DNA from: Bacteroidia bacterium
Lineage (GTDB): Bacteria; Bacteroidota; Bacteroidia; NS11-12g; UBA955
Reading direction: 5' to 3'
NCBI GenBank assembly: GCA_044341025.1
Contig: JBIISM010000006.1
Coordinates: 7,581 to 71,580 of the forward strand
Length of the DNA: 64,000 nucleotides
Under the pieces are notes generated by a model. That model was given only the letters and a program-made list of their open reading frames with translations. It did not search any database and was not told the DNA's origin. Both the position numbers and the translations under genes were made by a program. Of the stretch, positions 31,534 to 39,805 are shown in pieces. Positions within the stretch are counted from its first letter, which is position 1, and the number at the start of each line of letters is the position of its first letter.

Positions 31534-31784
31534 ATGAAGTCTTACATCATAGCTGGTGAAGCCCGTGGTGATTTGCACGGTGCCAATTGATGAAACAAAT
31601 CAAATTATCTGACCCAAATGCAGAGATGCGCTTTTGGGGTGGCAATTTGATGTTAAAAGAATCGTCGGCATTGGTGCTTCTTTCGCGGTTTCGCTCTGTG
31701 CGGTTGTCAAAACCTAAATCATTTTTGGCCATTTGTCTTGAATGGTTGCTCATAATGGTTTTGTGCTTTGCTGCAAACAATTAG
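31534..31784 (+). pseudogene. lpxB: Remnant of lipid-A-disaccharide synthase gene lpxB (N-terminal ~80 codons, frameshifted and truncated)
   Basis: Frame 1 reads MKSYIIAGEARGDLHGAN then TGA. After a 1-nt deletion (AATTTG->AATTG at ~31586) the next frame reads MKQIKLSDPNAEMRFWGGNLM, matching the LpxB N-terminus (IAGEASGDLHGSNLMKALK..DPEAEFRFWGGDLM). Similarity decays after that. No ORF follows for 400 nt. Confidence 0.6.
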
Positions 31785-32201
31785 ATTTGTGATGCATTGA
31801 TGCGAAAGTAGTAAATTATCTTTGACTCTATTGCAATTGAAGGTCGCAATAGAATATTTTTTATCAATGTCCTTGACATCCATTTTTTTGTTTTTTTAAA
31901 AAAAATAGATAAATTCGTAAATTATTAATTACAAAATATTGCATCGCTATTTATTGCCTTCGGTAAATTGAAAACAATACTGAAATTATAAAATTGGGAT
32001 AGGACATTAAATTAAACAAAGAACAACTTTATAAATATGGGTAAATTTGGATTTTCATTTTCTTGGAAAAGGTTATTAGGTATAACGGCATTTAAAAATT
32101 CCATAGCCAGAAAGACAGGCATACCAACAACAAAAGGCGGCATTGAGCGTAAAGTTGGCAGGACAATTATCAAAGCAATATTTGGTAAATAATATTTTGC
32201 G

Positions 32202-32537
32202 ATGAGAAAAAACAAGCACCTGTCCGGTGATTCAGGATCACCACTACGCACTTTAGTACTCTTTTTATTGTCGTCCTGCTTGGGTGGTTTGCTGTTTAGT
32301 ATACTCGCGTTAAGGGCTAAAAGAAAACAAAAAACAGTATTTTGGTGGTTTTTACTTTCCTTAATATTTATTGCAATATTTGGTTTTTTGTCCTATACAT
32401 TGGTGTTAACATCAAGCCCTACAAAAGATTCCAGTTACTATTATTTAGGCATGGTAAGTTTGGTTTCTAATTCAATTGCATTGATCATATTAATCGCTAC
32501 GTTATTTTCAAAAAATTCAAACGATAAGGTCAAATAG
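32202..32537 (+). CDS. Possible small membrane protein (3 predicted TM helices); may instead be a spurious ORF in decayed sequence
   Basis: 111-aa ORF with hydrophobic stretches. It lies in the AT-rich region between the lpxB remnant and the glmS 3' end. Confidence 0.25.
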   Translation: MRKNKHLSGDSGSPLRTLVLFLLSSCLGGLLFSILALRAKRKQKTVFWWFLLSLIFIAIFGFLSYTLVLTSSPTKDSSYYYLGMVSLVSNSIALIILIATLFSKNSNDKVK

Positions 32538-32619
32538 AGAATTGCGTTAAGAATTAATTATAAATCATTCGAATCAAGCCCTCCCCGATCATAAAAGCTT
32601 ATGTCATCCGTGTTCGGGA

Positions 32620-34464
32620 CTACTCCACCGTAACCGACTTCGCCAAGTTTCTCGGCTGATCGACATTACAGCCTCTCAAAACTGCAATGTGGTAACTTAA
32701 CAATTGCAAAGGAATGGTAGACAATAAAGGCGTCAAAGCTTCCTCGGTGTCAGGTATTTCAATAACGTGGTCGGCCATTGCGCGCACTTGGGTATCGCCT
32801 TCAGTAACGATTGCAATAATTTTGCCTTTACGGGCTTTAACCTCTTGGATATTGCTCATTACTTTTTCGTACATGCCGCGTTTTGGTGCAATTACCACCA
32901 CTGGCATTTCTTCGTCAATCAAAGCAATAGGACCGTGCTTCATTTCTGCGGCAGGATACCCTTCAGCGTGTATGTAAGAGATTTCTTTTAGTTTTAATGC
33001 ACCTTCTAAAGCCACAGGGAAATTAACCCCTCTGCCTAGGTATAAGAAATTGCGGGCATCTTTGTAAATAGCCGCTATTTTCATTACCTCGTCATTGGTT
33101 TTTAAGCAACGTTCAACCAATTGAGGAATGGCTTCTAATTCGCTTAACGTTGTTCTTAAGCGTTCTTGAGAAATTACACCTCTAATCTGGGCAACAGACA
33201 AGGCCATCAAGGTTAAAACAGAAACTTGAGCCGTAAAAGCTTTGGTTGATGCTACCCCAATTTCTGGACCTGCGTGTGTGTATGCCCCAGCATGGCTCAT
33301 ACGCGGGATGGAAGAACCAACCACATTGCAAACCCCAAATACCGTAGCGCCTTTTTCTTTTGCCAATTCCATAGCGGCAAGGGTATCTGCAGTTTCACCA
33401 CTTTGTGAAATGGCAATCACCAAATCATCTGGATAGATAATTGGATTGCGGTATCTAAACTCAGAAGCGTACTCAACTTCAACAGGAATACGCGCATACT
33501 CTTCAAACAAATACTCCCCCACCAAAGCGGCATGCCAACTGGTTCCACAACCGATTAAAATAAGGCGTTTAACATTGCGCAATTTGTCTTCGTATTCATG
33601 TATGCTGCGCATGACAAATTTGCCTTGAATAGAATCAATACGACCGCGGATACTATCCTGGATAGACTTAGGTTGCTCGTAAATCTCCTTCAACATAAAG
33701 TGGGGATACCCACCCTTTTCAATTTGTTCTAAATTAATTTCAAGTTTTTGAATAAATGGGGTCTTGGTCACATTATCGATGGTCTTAACGCTCAAATTAC
33801 CATCTTTAATAATTGCGATTTCACCATCATTTAAATAAAATACATCACGCGTGTATTCAACTATTGGCGTTGCATCACTTGCCATAAAATACTCCCCTGG
33901 CTGATCGCCAATACCAACCACCAAAGGACTGCCTTTGCGAGCTGCTATAAGCTTAGCTGGTTCATTCTTAACCAAGATTACAATAGCATATGCGCCGATA
34001 ACTTGATTAAGGGCCAAGCGCACAGATTCGTCAATTGAAATATTCTCGTTCAGTTGAATATCTTCAATCAAATGAATCAATACTTCTGTATCGGTATCAC
34101 TTTCAAAAATGTGACCACGCTGCTGCAATTCTGCTTTGATGGTAGCGTAATTTTCAATGATTCCATTATGAATAACTGCTAAATTTTTAGATTGGGACAA
34201 ATGTGGATGGGCATTGGCATTGTTAGGCTCTCCATGGGTTGCCCAACGTGTATGACCCATACCAATGTTGCCAGACACGTCTTTTCCCTCAACAGATTCT
34301 TCTAAATCAGCAACTTTGCCTTTGGTTTTATAGATGTTTAATTCATCGTTGTGAATTAAAGCGACACCGGCACTATCATAACCTCTGTATTCAAGTCTTT
34401 TAAGACCTTTTACGATAATAGGATAAGCTTCTTTGGGTCCAATATAAGATACGATTCCACACAT
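32620..34464 (-). CDS. glmS: Glutamine--fructose-6-phosphate aminotransferase (isomerising)
   Basis: The N-terminus MCGIVSYIGPKEAYPIIVKGLKRLEYRGYDSAGVA shows the Ntn Cys2. Two SIS domains follow. 614 aa. Confidence 0.95.
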   Translation of the reverse strand: MCGIVSYIGPKEAYPIIVKGLKRLEYRGYDSAGVALIHNDELNIYKTKGKVADLEESVEGKDVSGNIGMGHTRWATHGEPNNANAHPHLSQSKNLAVIHNGIIENYATIKAELQQRGHIFESDTDTEVLIHLIEDIQLNENISIDESVRLALNQVIGAYAIVILVKNEPAKLIAARKGSPLVVGIGDQPGEYFMASDATPIVEYTRDVFYLNDGEIAIIKDGNLSVKTIDNVTKTPFIQKLEINLEQIEKGGYPHFMLKEIYEQPKSIQDSIRGRIDSIQGKFVMRSIHEYEDKLRNVKRLILIGCGTSWHAALVGEYLFEEYARIPVEVEYASEFRYRNPIIYPDDLVIAISQSGETADTLAAMELAKEKGATVFGVCNVVGSSIPRMSHAGAYTHAGPEIGVASTKAFTAQVSVLTLMALSVAQIRGVISQERLRTTLSELEAIPQLVERCLKTNDEVMKIAAIYKDARNFLYLGRGVNFPVALEGALKLKEISYIHAEGYPAAEMKHGPIALIDEEMPVVVIAPKRGMYEKVMSNIQEVKARKGKIIAIVTEGDTQVRAMADHVIEIPDTEEALTPLLSTIPLQLLSYHIAVLRGCNVDQPRNLAKSVTVE

Positions 34465-34577
34465 GGTTTTAAAAGTTATTAATTATGCAAAAATAATTAA
34501 AAGTCTTTTTAAATTTAATTCCATTTATAAACAATATCCGGCGTATGATCCTATAGAATGATTAAAAAAGAGAGCAC

Positions 34578-34606
34578 AAAAAAAGGGATGCGTTACATCC
34601 CTTTTA
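34578..34606 (-). terminator. Rho-independent terminator at the end of the accC-operon transcript (minus strand)
   Basis: Stem AAGGGATG / CATCCCTT with a 5-nt loop. It is flanked by an A7 run on the plus strand, which gives a T7 run after the hairpin when read on the minus strand. Confidence 0.6.
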
Positions 34607-34623
34607 AATATTTGTACCGCTGG

Positions 34624-35043
34624 CTATTGTTTGACCATTACAAAGGTTTCAAGATTACCCTTTGGCATAAAACTCAAAGGTCTTTCTTTGTCACCTTCGC
34701 CAAATCGAATTCTAACCTTTCCTGGCCCCATAAATTCAAACAGGCCTTTGTAATTGTATAACTTGTCTCCAGTTACTTTGTCAATTTGAACCATTTCTAT
34801 CTTTTTAGGCCATGCCGCAGCCGTATCAATCTTATATTTATAAGTCATGGTATCGGCATTGTTCACAATATTTACAAGGTTTAAAACACTGTCATTAACA
34901 AAGTGATACAAATACATATCTCCTCTTTTAGAGACCTTCCAATACCCCTTTAGTGTGTCAGATTCTGCAGCCTTAGCAAAAACAGCTAAACACATGAAAC
35001 TTAACAGAAATAAATATTTCATATTCTTATGGTTTGAATTCAA
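34624..35043 (-). CDS. Hypothetical small secreted protein
   Basis: Signal peptide [18 protein letters not shown] (alternative start at 35022). It lies directly downstream of accC. No recognisable domain. Confidence 0.5.
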   Translation of the reverse strand: MNSNHKNMKYLFLLSFMCLAVFAKAAESDTLKGYWKVSKRGDMYLYHFVNDSVLNLVNIVNNADTMTYKYKIDTAAAWPKKIEMVQIDKVTGDKLYNYKGLFEFMGPGKVRIRFGEGDKERPLSFMPKGNLETFVMVKQ

Positions 35044-36367
35044 AGGTATTCATAAAGGCTGTTGTGAAGTTGCCTTCTCTAAAGTCTTTATTTGCCATTA
35101 TTTGTCTTTGTAATGGAATGGAAGTATGAACACCTTCAATCACAAATTCCTCTAAGGCTCTTTCCATTTTTACGATACATTCTTCACGGGTTTGAGCACT
35201 TACAATTAATTTGGCAATCATGCTGTCGTAGTTTGCAGGAATTACATAATTTGCATATGCATGGGTGTCAACACGGATACCGTGACCACCAGGAATATGA
35301 AAATTAACAATTTTACCTGGACTCGGTCTGAAATTATTATATGGATCTTCTGCATTGATACGACACTCGATGGCGTGTTTCATTGGCTCATAATCTTTAC
35401 CAGATATTGGCTGACCAGCAGCGATTAATATTTGCTCTTTAACTAAGTCGTAATTGATTACTTCTTCGGTTACAGGATGCTCAACTTGAATACGGGTATT
35501 CATTTCCATGAAATAGAAATTACGGTGCTTGTCTACCAAAAATTCAACTGTACCAACGCCCTCGTAATTGATGCATTGAGCCGCCTTCTTGGCTGCATCT
35601 CCCATCTGCTTGCGCAATTCAGGTGTCATAAATGGAGATGGCGATTCTTCGATTAGCTTTTGATGTCTTCTTTGAATGCTGCAATCCCTTTCACTTAAAT
35701 GACACACCTTTCCATATTGATCGCCAGCTATTTGAATCTCAATGTGCCTTGGATCTTCTATGTATTTCTCCATATAAATGCCATCGTTTCCGAAAGCTGC
35801 AGCAGCCTCCGTTTTGGCTGAATCCCAAGCTTTTTCAAACTCTTCATCTTTCCAAATAATACGCATTCCTCTTCCGCCACCACCTGCCGTTGCTTTAATG
35901 ATAACAGGATATCCAATGGTTTGAGCCAATTTAATTCCTTCTTCGAATGTGCTAAGCAAACCTTCGCTACCAGGAATGGTAGGAACACCTGCTTTGATCA
36001 TGCTGTCTTTGGCATTGCTTTTATCGCCCATACCATTAATTTGTTCTGGAGTAGCGCCAATAAACTTTATGCCATGGTCTTTACAAACTTGGCTGAATTT
36101 AGCGTTTTCACTTAAAAAACCATAACCTGGATGAATTGCATCCGCATTGGTTATTTCAGCAGCAGCTATAATATTCGCAATTTTTAAATACGATTGTGCG
36201 CTTGGTGCAGGGCCAATACAAACTGCCTCATCAGCAAAACGCACGTGTAAACTTTCCTTATCCGCTGTGCTATATACCGCAACGGTTTTAATGCCCATCT
36301 CTTTACAAGTACGGATGATACGCAATGCGATTTCACCCCTATTGGCGATTAATATTTTCTTAAACAT
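35027..36367 (-). CDS. accC: Acetyl-CoA carboxylase biotin carboxylase subunit
   Basis: The N-terminus [33 protein letters not shown] is an ATP-grasp fold. The C-terminal HIEIQ...ECRINAEDP region is also present. 446 aa. Confidence 0.95.
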   Translation of the reverse strand: MFKKILIANRGEIALRIIRTCKEMGIKTVAVYSTADKESLHVRFADEAVCIGPAPSAQSYLKIANIIAAAEITNADAIHPGYGFLSENAKFSQVCKDHGIKFIGATPEQINGMGDKSNAKDSMIKAGVPTIPGSEGLLSTFEEGIKLAQTIGYPVIIKATAGGGGRGMRIIWKDEEFEKAWDSAKTEAAAAFGNDGIYMEKYIEDPRHIEIQIAGDQYGKVCHLSERDCSIQRRHQKLIEESPSPFMTPELRKQMGDAAKKAAQCINYEGVGTVEFLVDKHRNFYFMEMNTRIQVEHPVTEEVINYDLVKEQILIAAGQPISGKDYEPMKHAIECRINAEDPYNNFRPSPGKIVNFHIPGGHGIRVDTHAYANYVIPANYDSMIAKLIVSAQTREECIVKMERALEEFVIEGVHTSIPLQRQIMANKDFREGNFTTAFMNTFEFKP

Positions 36368-36450
36368 AGATTGTATTTAATTGTATTCTAAGCCAATTAC
36401 CTCTATGCAACTGCATTGGTAAATGAGTTAAAATAAAATATTGTTAAAAT

Positions 36451-36933
36451 TTAGTTAGGTTCTACTAAAAACAAAGGTTGGTCATATTCAACAGGGCTGG
36501 CATTATCAACCAATACCTTTACAATTTTACCACTCACTTCAGATTCAATTTCGTTGAACAATTTCATTGCTTCAATAATGCAAACAGCTTTACCAACTTT
36601 GACCTCATCCCCTACATTTACAAACAAAGGCTTGTCTGGAGAAGACGAACGGTAGAAGGTTCCAATCATCGGCGATTTAATGGTAATTAAGTTGCTTGCT
36701 GGAGCTTCTACTGCAGGTGCTGCGTTTACTTCTGCAACTGGCGCATGTGCACTTGCGGGCAAAGCTGCTGGTGCAGGTGCTGCTGTAGCTTGAATGTATT
36801 GAGGCGTTTGAATGACATTGGTCGTAGGTTTGCGGATTACCAATTTAAAATCTTTCTGGGCAATTTCTACTTCTCCAACATTCTTTTGTGAAGAGACAAA
36901 TCTAATTAGGTTTTCTATTTCTTTAATATCCAT
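36451..36933 (-). CDS. accB: Acetyl-CoA carboxylase biotin carboxyl carrier protein
   Basis: Ala/Pro-rich linker, then the biotinyl-lysine motif CIIEAMKLFNEIE. Confidence 0.9.
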   Translation of the reverse strand: MDIKEIENLIRFVSSQKNVGEVEIAQKDFKLVIRKPTTNVIQTPQYIQATAAPAPAALPASAHAPVAEVNAAPAVEAPASNLITIKSPMIGTFYRSSSPDKPLFVNVGDEVKVGKAVCIIEAMKLFNEIESEVSGKIVKVLVDNASPVEYDQPLFLVEPN

Positions 36934-36963
36934 AATGAAGTTGTGTTGTATGCGAATTTATAA

Positions 36964-37974
36964 TTATTTTTCGTTTGAAGGACTATCGTAAGCCCACTTA
37001 ATGTAAATACTGCCCCAAGTAAATCCTCCACCGAATGTTGCCAAGATTAAATTATCTCCCTTTTTAAATAATTTTTCAAAATCCCAGAACAGCAAAGGAA
37101 TTGTACCACTGGTGGTATTTCCATAGCGTTCAATGTTCATCAATACCTTTTCTGAAGGCAGATTCATTTTCTCTGCTGTATAATCAATAATGCGTTTGTT
37201 GGCTTGATGCGCTAATAAATAGGTCACGTCATCGGCTGTCAAACCATTTCTTTCCATAATTTTAGTTGACACATCGGCCATATTGGTGGTTGCAAACTTG
37301 AACACTGTTTTACCTTCTTGGTAAACATAATGTTCGCGGGCATCTATGGTTTCGTGTGTTGGCGGCTTTAAAGAACCTCCCGCTTTTTGATGCAAGAATT
37401 CTCTTCCAGAGCCGTCAGATTTTAAGATTGAATCGATAACACCGTATCCATCTTCATTGGGTTCTAGCAAAACTGCTCCGCCACCATCTCCAAAAATGAT
37501 GCAGGTATTTCTATCGGTGTAATCCGTAATGGCGCTCATTTTATCGCATCCACATACTACAACTTTTTTGTATTTCCCAGACTCAATGTATTTTGAACCA
37601 ATCTCCAATGAATATAAGAAACCACTGCAAGCAGCAGCAACGTCAAAACTCCAGGCATTTTTTGCGCCTACTTTATCGGCGATAATGTTAGCAGTAGATG
37701 GGAATATCATATCTCCTGTAACGGTACCTACAATTAACAAATCAATGTCTAAAGCAGATATACCTCTTTTTTGAAGCAACTCATTTACAGCATGCATAGC
37801 CATGTCTGAAGTTGCTAAACCAGGAACGTCCAATATTCTGCGCTCTTTAATGCCCGTTCTGGACATAATCCATTCATCGTTGGTATCGACCAATTTCTCT
37901 AAATCAAAATTGGTTAATTTTTTCTCAGGAACATATCCTCCGATTGCGGTAATTGCTGCAGTAATTTTGCCCAT
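36964..37974 (-). CDS. fabH: 3-oxoacyl-ACP synthase III
   Basis: The N-terminus MGKITAAITAIGGYVPEKKLTNFDLEK is FabH-like. The active-site region AACSGFLYSL is present. 336 aa. Confidence 0.9.
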   Translation of the reverse strand: MGKITAAITAIGGYVPEKKLTNFDLEKLVDTNDEWIMSRTGIKERRILDVPGLATSDMAMHAVNELLQKRGISALDIDLLIVGTVTGDMIFPSTANIIADKVGAKNAWSFDVAAACSGFLYSLEIGSKYIESGKYKKVVVCGCDKMSAITDYTDRNTCIIFGDGGGAVLLEPNEDGYGVIDSILKSDGSGREFLHQKAGGSLKPPTHETIDAREHYVYQEGKTVFKFATTNMADVSTKIMERNGLTADDVTYLLAHQANKRIIDYTAEKMNLPSEKVLMNIERYGNTTSGTIPLLFWDFEKLFKKGDNLILATFGGGFTWGSIYIKWAYDSPSNEK

Positions 37975-38031
37975 TAATGTTTAAAAGCTTGTTTTAAGCG
38001 TTGCAAATTATAAATAAGATTTGAAAAAATA

Positions 38032-38970
38032 TCAAAAAGATTGTTTTATTTTATCGATAAGCTTCGAGTTCACCACATCTTTGGCCAATCTAAACATGCT
38101 CGTGAAAGTTTCACTTTTAGAAATTCCATGACCGATAATTACCGGTTCATTAACGCCTAGAATTGCTGTTCCACCATATTGATTAAAATCAAAACGGTCT
38201 AAATACGGGTGTTCTATCTTCAATTTGCAAAGGTTGGTATAAATCCCTTCACAAACTTTCAAAATGATATTTCCAGTTGAGCCGTCACAAACAATGACAT
38301 CTGCAACATCATTAAAGATATCACGACCTTCAATATTTCCGACGAAATTGATTCGATCGTTTGATTCCAATAGAGGGTAAGTTGCTTGATGCAAAATGTT
38401 ACCCTTTTCTTTTTCTTCACCAATACTCAACAAGGCTACTTTAGGGTTATCAATGCCATAAACTTGTTGGGCATATACAGAGCCCAAAATAGCAAATTGA
38501 TTTAAAACCTCAGGCTTACAATCCGCATTGGCTCCAACATCCAACAACAAACCAAAACCTCCACTCATTTTAGGGAGCAGAGATGCGATGGTAGGTCTTT
38601 GAACCCCCTCAATAGCTTTTACTGAGAATATTGAACCAACCAACATAGCACCAGTATTTCCAGCGCCAATGAAAGCCTCAATTTGTTTTTCTGCTAAATA
38701 GCGGTAAGCAACGTTGATGCTTGAGTTTTTCTTGTGGGCAATAGCCTTGGTGGCGTGCTCGCCCATTTCGATAATCTCTTCTGCATGAACTATTTCCAAA
38801 GTACCATCTGGTAAGCCAAGTTCTTGCATACAAGCCAATATTCGGTCTTTATGACCGAACAAAACTGGAATAACATCAGGCATTTCTTGCCTTGCTGCTA
38901 CCGCACCTTTTACCGCTTCAAGAGGTGCAAAATCACCTCCCATAGCGTCTAAACCGATACGCATGGCCAT
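38032..38970 (-). CDS. plsX: Phosphate acyltransferase
   Basis: The N-terminus MRIGLDAMGGDFAP is typical of PlsX. 312 aa. Confidence 0.9.
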   Translation of the reverse strand: MAMRIGLDAMGGDFAPLEAVKGAVAARQEMPDVIPVLFGHKDRILACMQELGLPDGTLEIVHAEEIIEMGEHATKAIAHKKNSSINVAYRYLAEKQIEAFIGAGNTGAMLVGSIFSVKAIEGVQRPTIASLLPKMSGGFGLLLDVGANADCKPEVLNQFAILGSVYAQQVYGIDNPKVALLSIGEEKEKGNILHQATYPLLESNDRINFVGNIEGRDIFNDVADVIVCDGSTGNIILKVCEGIYTNLCKLKIEHPYLDRFDFNQYGGTAILGVNEPVIIGHGISKSETFTSMFRLAKDVVNSKLIDKIKQSF

Positions 38971-38976
38971 GCTTGA

Positions 38977-39159
38977 TTAGTCGTTACGACCTTTCATTAC
39001 TTTGACTCCACGGTACATACCTGTTTCCAAGTTTACACGGTGGTACAAAGAAATGTCGCCAGTTGTAGGATCAGCGATAAACTGTTTGTTGTCCAGGTTG
39101 TGGTGAGTCCTGCGTTTGTCCCTTCTGGTGCGCGATATTTTTCGTTTAGGATTTGGCAT
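38977..39159 (-). CDS. rpmF: 50S ribosomal protein L32
   Basis: The N-terminus MPNPKRKISRTRRDKRRTH matches the bL32 N-terminal signature. The gene sits in the conserved yceD-rpmF-plsX-fabH context. Confidence 0.8.
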   Translation of the reverse strand: MPNPKRKISRTRRDKRRTHHNLDNKQFIADPTTGDISLYHRVNLETGMYRGVKVMKGRND

Positions 39160-39189
39160 CTTATTTTATATTATTTTTTTAAAAAATTG

Positions 39190-39705
39190 TTATTCGTCTT
39201 CGTCTTCTTCATCAGTGTCTCTCTCAGGTTGGTCATTGGGTATGGTATCCACATCAATATAGCTGGTTATTTTGTCTGTAACCGCTGGGTCGCAAACCAA
39301 CCCAATATCCGCACATGTCTTCTTTATCGGCAATGATAAATACAAAAAATCAAATACATGTTGCGCTATATTTAATTTATAATCATGCGGTGATAAATAC
39401 ATTAAATCATCTTCATTCTCCTTTGGATGCTCCGTTATTTTAACCAACACAGTGTGTTTGCTTTTTGTCGGTAATCCAATGCGGGTTAAACATCTGTCAC
39501 AATCCAATTGAATTGTGCCTTTTAAATCAAACACCAATGTAAACATGGAATTTGACTTGATGAATAACAAGCTGAGAACAATGTCCTGCCCTGTTAAAGA
39601 ACTGTTGAACGCCTTGAAAAAAGGCTCGGATATCTGGTACTCAAAATGGTGCTCGCCCTCTTTAAGTTTAATGAACTCTATGTCAAATTCTCTTAGTACA
39701 TCCAT
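39190..39705 (-). CDS. yceD: YceD/DUF177 family protein (large-subunit ribosomal RNA accumulation protein)
   Basis: Conserved position immediately upstream of rpmF. It has the CxxC pair (LDCDRCL) and an acidic C-terminal tail, both typical of DUF177. Confidence 0.8.
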   Translation of the reverse strand: MDVLREFDIEFIKLKEGEHHFEYQISEPFFKAFNSSLTGQDIVLSLLFIKSNSMFTLVFDLKGTIQLDCDRCLTRIGLPTKSKHTVLVKITEHPKENEDDLMYLSPHDYKLNIAQHVFDFLYLSLPIKKTCADIGLVCDPAVTDKITSYIDVDTIPNDQPERDTDEEDEDE

Positions 39706-39805
39706 ATATCAGAACTCGTTTTTAAAACGGACTGCAAAGGTAATGGATGCAGTATGATTTTCCAAAATTATTATCTATCTGACTATCAGCTACTTGTGTC
39801 ATATG

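Noticed and set aside
31587-31784. Stand-alone 65-aa ORF MMKQIKLSDP...
   Set aside because: It is not an independent gene. It is the post-frameshift continuation of the lpxB remnant and is reported as part of that pseudogene.
32560-32625. TTCGAAT T-loop-like motif near the glmS 3' end that briefly suggested a tRNA or tmRNA fragment
   Set aside because: No complementary T-stem arms, no acceptor stem or CCA context on either strand. The glmS stop codon lies within it.
34465-34623. Possible glmS ribozyme upstream of glmS
   Set aside because: The glmS ribozyme is a Firmicutes feature. The region is short, AT-rich and shows only a terminator hairpin belonging to the upstream operon.
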